From: Lentimicrobiaceae bacterium
GTDB lineage: Bacteria > Bacteroidota > Bacteroidia > Bacteroidales > UBA4417
Direction: 5' to 3'
Length of the DNA: 64,000 bases
NCBI GenBank assembly: GCA_033809755.1
Contig: JAPXLB010000002.1
Coordinates: forward strand, 64,486-128,485
In this document: piece by piece, positions 56,545-64,000 of the stretch
Numbering within the stretch: position 1 is the stretch's first letter
Layout: each line of letters starts with the position of its first letter
Made by a program: the position numbers and the translations under genes
Notes under the pieces: model-generated
Database searches by the model: none
What the model saw: only the letters and a program-made list of their open reading frames with translations
What the model was told of the DNA's origin: nothing

Positions 56545-59109
56545 TTATTCTTCATTTTCGTAATCAACTGCTTCTTCTGCATGTTCCTCGTCATCGTCAA
56601 TTTCATTTTCTTCATCTGGCTCTGCATCTAAGTTAATAACTGCATACGGTACCTTAGCAACTGCTGCTATTTGGTCGCCTTCTTGCATGTCAATGAGCTT
56701 AACACCTTGAGCAACTCTACCAATAATTCTAATATCTTCGACTGCTATTCTGATAATTATACCTTCCTTATTAATAATCATTAACTCGTCTCCATCCTTA
56801 ACATCCTTTATAGCTACCAAATCACCTGTTTTTTCTGTTATGTTAATGGTTTTAACACCCTTGCCTCCCCTATTGGTAACTCTATAATCCTCGAGTTTCG
56901 ATCGTTTTCCGTAACCGTTTTCCGAAACTACCAAAATAGACTCGTCTTCATCATCAGGATCAACACAAATTATGCCAATTACTTCATCTTTATATTTATT
57001 TAATGTTATTCCTTTAACTCCGGCGGCATTTCTACCTACTTCTCTAACGGTTGTTTCGTTGAATCTGATGGCTTTACCGCTCTTTATACCCAGAATAATT
57101 TCTTGCTTACCATTGGTTAGTTTTGCTTCAAGCAAGCTATCGCCTTCGTTGATAACTATAGCTCTAATACCACCACTCCTTGGTCTTGAAAATGCTTCCA
57201 ATCTGGTTCTTTTAATTGTTCCGTTTTTGGTACAGAAAACAACAAAGTGCGAAGATTCGAATTTTTCATCGTTTGGATTTGAAATATTCAGGATAGATTT
57301 AATTTTATCGTCTTTATCTATATTCAACAAATTCTGAATTGCCCTACCCTTTGAGTTTTTGGTACCTTCGGGGATTTCAAATGTTCTTAACCAGTGGCAT
57401 TTTCCGCTTTCGGTAAAAATTAACAAGTATCCGTGTGTGTGTGAAATAAATAGGTGTTCAAGATAATCTTCATCTCTAAAATCAGATCCTCTGGAGCCCT
57501 TGCCTCCCCTATTCTGCAATCTGTACTCATCGAGCGATGTCCTCTTAATATATCCCATATGAGATACTGTAACAACTTCACCTTCATTGGCAATTGTATC
57601 TTCAATTCTGAAATCCGCTGACGAGTATTCTATTTTTGTTCTTCTTTCGTCGCCGTACTTATCTCTAACTTCAATAAGTTCATTTTTAACTATTTCCAAT
57701 TGTTTATTAACATCGGCAAGAATTTCTTTAAGTTTTGCAATAAGAACTAATAAATCCTCGTATTCAGCTTTAAGTTTTTCGCGTTCGAGACCTGTAAGGC
57801 GTTGCAAACGCATAGCCAATATAGCTTTTGCCTGAACATCGGTAAAACCAAACCTTTCAATAAGATTTTCTCTGGCAATATCAGGTGTTGAAGCTGCACG
57901 AATAATTGCTATTACTTCGTCGATATTATCAATAGCAATAACAAGACCTTCTAATATATGTGCTTTGTCTTCAGCTTCCTTTAATTCAAATTGTGTGCGT
58001 CTGACGATAACCTCATGTCGGTGATTGACAAAGTGCTCAATCATATCTTTGAGATTCAACTGTAGCGGACGACCACCTACAAGAGCAATATTATTGACAT
58101 TGAAGCTGGATTGAAGTTCCGTATTTTGATACAATAAATTTAGAACAACACTAGCAAGGGCATCTCTTTTAACTTCATATACTATTCTGATACCATTCCT
58201 ATCACTTTCATCTCTGATGTCCCTAATTCCTTCAATTTTTCTATCGTTAACAAGCTCGGCTGTTTTTCTAATCATTTCCGATTTGTTAACAACGTATGGT
58301 ATTGAAGTTACCACTATCATTTCGTTGTCTTTGCTGTCTGTTTCTATTTTGGCATCTCCTCTGACAACAATACGCCCTCTACCTGTTTCAAAAGCCTGAA
58401 TAACTCCGTCGTATCCGTAAATGGTTCCACCTGTCGGGAAATCGGGAGCAGTAATGTACTGCATAAGCTCCTTTATTGTAATATCTCTATTATCAATATA
58501 GGCAATACAACCATTAACTACTTCGGTTAGGTTATGAGGAGCAATGTTTGTCGCCATACCCACGGCAATACCCGAAGCTCCGTTAATAAGCAAATTTGGT
58601 AGTTTTGAAGGCAATACTGTTGGTTCTTTCAAGCTGTCATCAAAGTTGAGCTGCATATCAACAGTGTCTTTATCAATATCGACAAGCATTTCTTCAGCTA
58701 TTTTTTTCATTCTAGCTTCGGTATAACGCATAGCAGCGGGACTATCGCCGTCAATAGAGCCAAAATTACCTTGTCCGTCAACCAAAGGATAGCGCATAGA
58801 CCAGGGCTGAGCCAGCCTAACCATAGCACCATACACAGAACTATCACCGTGAGGGTGATATTTACCCATTACTTCACCGACAATACGTGCTGATTTTTTA
58901 TATCCTCTATTCGAATACAATCCTAACTCTTGCATACCATATAATACCCTGCGATGTACAGGCTTAAAGCCGTCTCTAACATCGGGTAAAGCTCTCGAAA
59001 CAATTACCGACATGGCATAATCTATATATGCAGTCTTCATTTGCCTTGAAATACTTACAGGTATTATTTTTTCGTTCTCTGTTGTAAATTCTTCTCTATT
59101 ATCTTTCAT
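56545..59109 (-). CDS. gyrA: DNA gyrase subunit A
   Basis: ...[27 protein letters not shown]...[12 protein letters not shown]... with the active-site region AAMRYTE, C-terminal beta-pinwheel repeats and an acidic tail. Confidence 0.95.
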   Translation of the reverse strand: MKDNREEFTTENEKIIPVSISRQMKTAYIDYAMSVIVSRALPDVRDGFKPVHRRVLYGMQELGLYSNRGYKKSARIVGEVMGKYHPHGDSSVYGAMVRLAQPWSMRYPLVDGQGNFGSIDGDSPAAMRYTEARMKKIAEEMLVDIDKDTVDMQLNFDDSLKEPTVLPSKLPNLLINGASGIAVGMATNIAPHNLTEVVNGCIAYIDNRDITIKELMQYITAPDFPTGGTIYGYDGVIQAFETGRGRIVVRGDAKIETDSKDNEMIVVTSIPYVVNKSEMIRKTAELVNDRKIEGIRDIRDESDRNGIRIVYEVKRDALASVVLNLLYQNTELQSSFNVNNIALVGGRPLQLNLKDMIEHFVNHRHEVIVRRTQFELKEAEDKAHILEGLVIAIDNIDEVIAIIRAASTPDIARENLIERFGFTDVQAKAILAMRLQRLTGLEREKLKAEYEDLLVLIAKLKEILADVNKQLEIVKNELIEVRDKYGDERRTKIEYSSADFRIEDTIANEGEVVTVSHMGYIKRTSLDEYRLQNRGGKGSRGSDFRDEDYLEHLFISHTHGYLLIFTESGKCHWLRTFEIPEGTKNSKGRAIQNLLNIDKDDKIKSILNISNPNDEKFESSHFVVFCTKNGTIKRTRLEAFSRPRSGGIRAIVINEGDSLLEAKLTNGKQEIILGIKSGKAIRFNETTVREVGRNAAGVKGITLNKYKDEVIGIICVDPDDEDESILVVSENGYGKRSKLEDYRVTNRGGKGVKTINITEKTGDLVAIKDVKDGDELMIINKEGIIIRIAVEDIRIIGRVAQGVKLIDMQEGDQIAAVAKVPYAVINLDAEPDEENEIDDDEEHAEEAVDYENEE

Positions 59110-59324
59110 TTATATATTTGATTCATTATCAGTTTATTGTACTTTATACTTAATTTTACAAATTTACACAATTTTTGTTAATCTCAATCTGACAACTTGT
59201 CATTTAATTAAATGGTTTTGAACAAACAATTGTTAATAAGTTTATTTTGCAGATTATCAACAGTTTAGCCTATTAATCAGCAATAAAGATTGTTAAAAAG
59301 TTTACAGATACCATATATAATTTT

Positions 59325-59332
59325 TATTTTTG
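59325..59332 (+). promoter_or_regulatory. -7 box (TATTTTTG) upstream of clpC-like gene
   Basis: Matches TAnnTTTG, 57 nt upstream of ATG 59389. Confidence 0.4.
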
Positions 59333-59388
59333 TGGAATAATTGACTACAAGATTATTTTGGCATTAAATATGCTGATTATTGGTTACT

Positions 59389-61956
59389 ATGGAAGCAAAA
59401 TTTTCAAAAAGAGTAAAAGATGTACTGGCATATAGCCGTGAAGAAGCTATACGCTTGGGTAATGACCATATTGGAGTTGAGCATTTAATGTTGGGACTTA
59501 TAAGAGAAGGTAAAGGAGTTGCTATAGAAATTCTTACCTTAGAAGGTGTTGATGTGATTGAATTGAAACACAAAATTGAACTTATAGTCGCCAAAAATTA
59601 TAATTTGGGTTCTAACGTAAACGATGATATACCTTTACAAAAACAAGCCGAAAGAGTTTTAAAATCAACCTATTTGGAAGCTAGAAACTTTAACGACGAG
59701 TATATTGACACAGAACATGTTATGTTGGCTATCTTAAAGGATAAGGATAATATAGTTACCAAAATTTTGGAAAAAGATTACGAGGTTGATTACGAAAGTT
59801 TTAAAGAAGATATTGAAGACATTACTATAGGCGATTACGATAAAAATTCAGGTAATGAAGGTAATGTTTACGATGAAGGAAGTGACTTTGATGCAAAAAA
59901 ATCGTCACGTTCCGGCAGCTACGGATCAAGTTCTAGCAGTTCAAAAGTAAGTACTCCCGTACTTGATGCCTTTGGTAAAGATTTGACAAAAGCAGCTGCT
60001 GAAAACCTTTTAGATCCCATTATAGGTCGCGAAAAAGAACTTACTAGAATATCGCAGATATTAAGTCGCCGCAAAAAAAACAACCCAATACTTATTGGTG
60101 AACCTGGAGTTGGTAAAACCGCGATTGCAGAAGGTTTAGCTCAGAGGATAGTTCAGAAAAAAATTCCTAGAACTTTATTCAATAAAAGAGTTGTTAATAT
60201 AGATATGGCTAGCATGGTTGCCGGCACTAAGTACAGAGGTCAGTTCGAAGAGCGTATGAAAGCTCTGATTACCGAATTGGAAAGCAACAAAGATATTATT
60301 TTGTTTATCGACGAAATACATACCATTGTCGGTGCAGGTAATGTTAGCGGTGGATTAGACGCCAGCAATATTTTCAAACCGGCTCTTGCCAACGGAACAA
60401 TTCAGTGTATTGGTGCTACTACTTTGGACGAATACAGAGAAAATATTGAAAAAGATGGTGCTTTGGAAAGACGTTTCCAAAAGGTTATGGTAGAACCTAC
60501 TACACCTGAAGAGACCATCAAAATATTAGAACAAATTAAGGACAGATACGAAGATCATCATAACGTTATATACTCCGACGAGGCTATAAAAGCATGCGTA
60601 ACACTCACCGATAGGTATTTGTCGGATCGTGCTTTGCCCGACAAAGCTATTGACGCTTTAGATGAAGCCGGTTCAAAAGTTCATATTTCAAATATAAATG
60701 TTCCAACCGAACTTCAAAATTTGGAAAAAGAACTTGAAGTTGTACAAGAGAAAAAACTTGAAGCTATAAAGAGCCAACAGTTTGAAAAAGCTGCGTCATA
60801 TAGAGATGAAGAAAGGCTTATTCAATCGAAAATAGAGAAACAAAAAATACAATGGAACAATGAGTCTAAAAAGAACAGACAAATTGTTACCTACGAAAAT
60901 ATAGCCGAAGTCATCGCAATGATAACAGGAGTTCCGGTACAACGCATAGCCGAAAGTGAAAGCGACAGATTGCTAAACATCGAGAAAGAACTAGCAAAAC
61001 AGGTTGTAGGACAAAACAAAGCGATAGAAAAAATATCAAAAGCTATTCGTAGAAACAGAGCCGGACTAAAAGATCCGAACAGACCTATTGGAAGTTTTAT
61101 ATTTTTAGGTCCTACCGGAGTTGGAAAAACACATCTGGCTAAGGTTCTTGCCGAGTTCTTGTTCGACTCTAAAGAAAATCTTATCAGAATTGATATGAGC
61201 GAATACATGGAAAAATTTAATGTTTCGCGATTGGTAGGAGCTCCTCCCGGATACGTTGGATATCAGGAAGGTGGTCAATTAACCGAACAAGTTAGGCATC
61301 GTCCCTACTCTATTATCTTGCTTGATGAAATAGAAAAAGCTCATCCGGATATTTTTAACATATTACTACAAGTCTTAGACGAAGGAAAACTAACCGATAG
61401 TTTGGGTAAAAAAGTTGATTTCAGAAATACCATAATAATAATGACTTCTAACATTGGAAGTAAACGTTTGAAAGATTTCGGAACAGGCGTTGGATTTAAC
61501 ACAGGTGCCAAATCTTCGCAAACAGACATTATCGTCAAAGGTATTATTGAGAAGGAAATGAAAAAAACCTTTACGCCCGAGTTTATCAACAGAGTTGATG
61601 ATATTATAATATTTGATTCGCTTGACAAAAAAGACTTGTACAAAATTATTGATATTGAATTGAAAGAGGTTTTCTCAAGAATAAACGACTTAAATTACAA
61701 TATAAGCATTACCAAAAAAGCAAAGGATTTTATTCTTGATGAGGGTTGGGACGAACAATACGGCGCTAGACCTTTAAAGAGAGCTATCCAGAAATACGTT
61801 GAGGATAAAATTTCGGAAGAAATAATAAAAGGTGAACTTAAATCTGGCGACAGTATTCTGGTAGATTTTAATGCAACCCTCAAAGATATAGTTATTTCCG
61901 TATCTAAACCTACCAAAGAAATAGAAAACAATATTACGGTTGAAGAGATTAAATAA
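59389..61956 (+). CDS. clpC: ATP-dependent Clp protease ATP-binding subunit (ClpC-type, two AAA+ modules, UVR motif)
   Basis: Clp_N repeats, Walker A GEPGVGKT and GPTGVGKT, and a UVR-like FEKAASYRDEE. ATG 59389 is preferred over the TTG at 59380 used in the ORF track. Confidence 0.85.
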   Translation: MEAKFSKRVKDVLAYSREEAIRLGNDHIGVEHLMLGLIREGKGVAIEILTLEGVDVIELKHKIELIVAKNYNLGSNVNDDIPLQKQAERVLKSTYLEARNFNDEYIDTEHVMLAILKDKDNIVTKILEKDYEVDYESFKEDIEDITIGDYDKNSGNEGNVYDEGSDFDAKKSSRSGSYGSSSSSSKVSTPVLDAFGKDLTKAAAENLLDPIIGREKELTRISQILSRRKKNNPILIGEPGVGKTAIAEGLAQRIVQKKIPRTLFNKRVVNIDMASMVAGTKYRGQFEERMKALITELESNKDIILFIDEIHTIVGAGNVSGGLDASNIFKPALANGTIQCIGATTLDEYRENIEKDGALERRFQKVMVEPTTPEETIKILEQIKDRYEDHHNVIYSDEAIKACVTLTDRYLSDRALPDKAIDALDEAGSKVHISNINVPTELQNLEKELEVVQEKKLEAIKSQQFEKAASYRDEERLIQSKIEKQKIQWNNESKKNRQIVTYENIAEVIAMITGVPVQRIAESESDRLLNIEKELAKQVVGQNKAIEKISKAIRRNRAGLKDPNRPIGSFIFLGPTGVGKTHLAKVLAEFLFDSKENLIRIDMSEYMEKFNVSRLVGAPPGYVGYQEGGQLTEQVRHRPYSIILLDEIEKAHPDIFNILLQVLDEGKLTDSLGKKVDFRNTIIIMTSNIGSKRLKDFGTGVGFNTGAKSSQTDIIVKGIIEKEMKKTFTPEFINRVDDIIIFDSLDKKDLYKIIDIELKEVFSRINDLNYNISITKKAKDFILDEGWDEQYGARPLKRAIQKYVEDKISEEIIKGELKSGDSILVDFNATLKDIVISVSKPTKEIENNITVEEIK

Positions 61957-61971
61957 TTAACAAAAAAACAT

Positions 61972-61979
61972 TACTTTTG
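61972..61979 (+). promoter_or_regulatory. -7 box (TACTTTTG) upstream of YebC-family gene
   Basis: Matches TAnnTTTG, 32 nt upstream of ATG 62011. Confidence 0.45.
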
Positions 61980-62010
61980 TAACATTATATTAACATAAAG
62001 AAATTCAAAG

Positions 62011-62769
62011 ATGGCTGGACATAGTAAATGGTCGACTATAAAACGTAAAAAAGGTGCTGCAGATGCTAAGCGCTCAAAGATATTTTCGAAAATAATAAAA
62101 GAAATAACCGTTGCCGTTAAAGAAGGCGGACCAGATCCCGATACTAACCCTAGATTGAGGTTAGCTATTGCTAATGCAAAAGGAGCTAGTATGCCTAAAG
62201 ACAATATTCAGAGGGCTATTAATAAAGGAAGCGATAAGGACGGTGACCAATACAACGAAATGACTTTTGAAGGTTATGCCAACGGCGGTATTGCAATATT
62301 TATTGAAGCTACTACCGACAACCAGCAACGCACTATTAGCAACATACGTAGCTATTTTAATAAACATGGAGGCAGTTTGGGAACAAACGGTTCTTTGAGT
62401 TTCTTATTCGACCGCAAAGGAGTTTTTACTATTCCTGTTGGATATGTTAATAACAAAGAAGAATTTGAACTTAACATTATTGAAGCAGGTGCCGAAGACA
62501 TAGAAGTGGAAGAAGATGGTTTCTATACTGTTTATACCGCTATGGAAGATTTTGGCAACATGATGAAAAAATTGGAAGAACTAAACATCGAACCCGAAAA
62601 CGCCGAACTGCAAAGAATACCTAAAGATACAAATACTGTTGACCTTGAAACAGCCCAGAAAATTCTCAAGCTAATTGATGTTTTCGAAGATGACGACGAT
62701 GTGCAATCGGTGTACCATAATATGGAAATTACCGACGAGATTATGGAAGCTATCGAAAATAACGCTTAA
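62011..62769 (+). CDS. YebC/PmpR family DNA-binding transcriptional regulator
   Basis: MAGHSKWSTIKRKKGAADAKRSKIFSK... is the hallmark N-terminus. 252 aa. Confidence 0.9.
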   Translation: MAGHSKWSTIKRKKGAADAKRSKIFSKIIKEITVAVKEGGPDPDTNPRLRLAIANAKGASMPKDNIQRAINKGSDKDGDQYNEMTFEGYANGGIAIFIEATTDNQQRTISNIRSYFNKHGGSLGTNGSLSFLFDRKGVFTIPVGYVNNKEEFELNIIEAGAEDIEVEEDGFYTVYTAMEDFGNMMKKLEELNIEPENAELQRIPKDTNTVDLETAQKILKLIDVFEDDDDVQSVYHNMEITDEIMEAIENNA

Positions 62770-62811
62770 AAATCATTACTGTCCTATTAAACCTTAAAAA
62801 AACATTGTTTT

Positions 62812-62859
62812 ACGGCTTGTGTTAATTGCCGAAAGCCGTTAGCTTTTAGCCATTGGCTA
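62812..62859. terminator. two short stem-loops between convergent genes
   Basis: ACGGCTT...AAGCCGT (62812-62839) and TAGCC-ATT-GGCTA (62847-62859). Confidence 0.35.
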
Positions 62860-62919
62860 TAACAACTTAATGATTAAAAATGTTTATCTGACAAATAATT
62901 TAGCTTTTTGAATATAGTG

Positions 62920-63366
62920 TTAATGCATGTACTTTAAAAACCTGCTAAACAAGTATATAAACAACACCGTAACTATAAGGGATAACAGACTTGAGGTTTC
63001 GGGCAAAAAATAGACCGATACAATAAGTATCAGTAATTGTGATATTGCATATATATGAAAACCTATCTTACTCAGCTTAAGCATTTTATAAGCTCCGTAT
63101 ACTGAACCTGCATATAATATTGCCGATAAAATAAAATACCATATATTTGCTTCAGCAAGTAAACCTGCAACTTCGCGCATTGCTTCGTCTTCAAATATTT
63201 CTATTATCTGACCCAAGCTATCTATAGACAATGCCAAAAACGTATGCGAAAAAGCATAAAGCCCACAGTAAATGAAAGTCAGTATACAAAGAAAACGTAA
63301 GAAACTTTTGCTTTGTGCACTTATTTCTTCAGGTCCTTTCTGTTTATCGCTGTTTGACTGAAACAT
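62920..63366 (-). CDS. hypothetical membrane protein (about 4 TM)
   Basis: 148 aa with four hydrophobic segments. Confidence 0.45.
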   Translation of the reverse strand: MFQSNSDKQKGPEEISAQSKSFLRFLCILTFIYCGLYAFSHTFLALSIDSLGQIIEIFEDEAMREVAGLLAEANIWYFILSAILYAGSVYGAYKMLKLSKIGFHIYAISQLLILIVSVYFLPETSSLLSLIVTVLFIYLFSRFLKYMH

Positions 63367-63409
63367 AAATACCTTTCCTTAATTCATCAAAGAGATTTAT
63401 AGTATACCG

Positions 63410-64000
63410 CTATTCCAAATAATCATCAAAATTGTTATTTTTAACGAACTCCAACGATTTGTCCATCAGTTGGTACATTACAACGTCATCTTCGACAAAA
63501 GAAACGCTTTGACGATATTTTTCATGCAATTTTTTTATACTTGATGACGTATTTTCAACCCCTTTGAACTCAATAGCCTGAAATGCTGCAAATAATTCAA
63601 TCGACAAGATTCTTTCTAAATTATCAATTATTCTAATGGTTTTGGTTGCTGCATTTGCTCCCATACTAACATGGTCTTCTTGTTCGTTTGACGAAGGAAT
63701 GCTATCTACAGATGCCGGCGTTGCCAATTGCTTGTTTTGCGAAACAATAGACGCTGACGTATATTGAGGAATCATAAAGCCGGAATTAAGTCCGGGATGT
63801 TTAACCAAAAATTCGGGTAAATCTCGCTGTCCGGATATTAGTCTATAAACACGTCTTTCTGAAATATTACCCAATTCTGCCAAAGCCATTGACATAAAAT
63901 CTAAAACAAGAGCCAAAGGCTCACCATGAAAGTTTCCTCCTGAAACAATGAGATCATCCTCTGGAAATATAGTTGGATTATCGGTAACGGAGTTTATTTC
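63410..64000 (-). CDS. hutH: histidine ammonia-lyase, C-terminal part (gene continues beyond window end)
   Basis: ...GGNFHGEPLALVLDF...ELGNISERR...NSGFMIPQYT.AS.VS.NK.L..PASVDSIPSS..QEDHVSMG... is typical of the HAL/PAL family. The frame is open to position 64000. Confidence 0.8.
   Translation of the reverse strand, partial: EINSVTDNPTIFPEDDLIVSGGNFHGEPLALVLDFMSMALAELGNISERRVYRLISGQRDLPEFLVKHPGLNSGFMIPQYTSASIVSQNKQLATPASVDSIPSSNEQEDHVSMGANAATKTIRIIDNLERILSIELFAAFQAIEFKGVENTSSSIKKLHEKYRQSVSFVEDDVVMYQLMDKSLEFVKNNNFDDYLE

Noticed and set aside
56972-57337. 121-aa antisense ORF inside gyrA, and similar shadow ORFs inside clpC (60891-61208, 61341-61643), the A2M gene, pbpC, the LRR genes and others
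   Set aside because: All are fully nested antisense to long, well-supported genes. They have low-complexity or hydrophobic translations typical of shadow frames. No independent start or promoter signals were seen.
59380-59388. TTG start for the clpC-like gene as given in the ORF track
   Set aside because: An ATG three codons downstream (59389) gives the conventional MEAKFSKRV... Clp_N start. The TTG is probably an ORF-finder artefact.

Overview
The window looks like AT-rich Bacteroidota (probably Bacteroidales) chromosome. Supporting signs are TAnnTTTG-type -7 promoter boxes, many lipoprotein signal peptides (L-x-x-C) and typical Bacteroidota gene content. All domain calls were made by eye from the ORF translations; no database search was run.

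Layout:
- 1-12 kb: ROK regulator/kinase, sugar-1-P nucleotidyltransferase, DUF4838-like protein, LysM protein, a minus-strand ZnuABC/TroABC-type metal ABC transporter, a 555-bp AT-rich intergenic region carrying about 7 TTTACA-N2-TGTAAA boxes, an XRE-type HTH gene, tRNA-Ser(UGA) and a LuxC-type acyl-CoA reductase.
- 11.9-54.9 kb: about 45 genes, all on the + strand.
- 52-64 kb: housekeeping genes (serC, serA-like, tRNA-Glu, rpsT, a TPR protein, gyrA, clpC-like, a YebC family gene and a partial hutH).

The + strand block contains:
1. A five-gene cluster: SPFH/GYF protein, DUF805 protein, double-zinc-ribbon membrane protein, LemA, and a TPM protein with an inserted zinc ribbon.
2. A periplasmic nucleoside hydrolase and EF-hand-like/LRR lipoproteins.
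3. A 1856-aa alpha-2-macroglobulin next to pbpC. It lacks the CxEQ thioester motif.
4. A roughly 15-kb island (36-51.6 kb) of small lipoproteins and unknown proteins. It has internal paralog families, gene remnants, two further copies of the TM/zinc-ribbon/Gly-Ser-tail module, and a GxxExxY (PD-(D/E)XK-like) gene bracketed by 64-bp hairpin repeats.

No integrase, transposase, CRISPR array, reverse transcriptase or recognisable toxin gene was seen.

The best candidates for undescribed biology are the SPFH-to-TPM membrane cluster with its dispersed paralogs, and the repeat-punctuated lipoprotein island.
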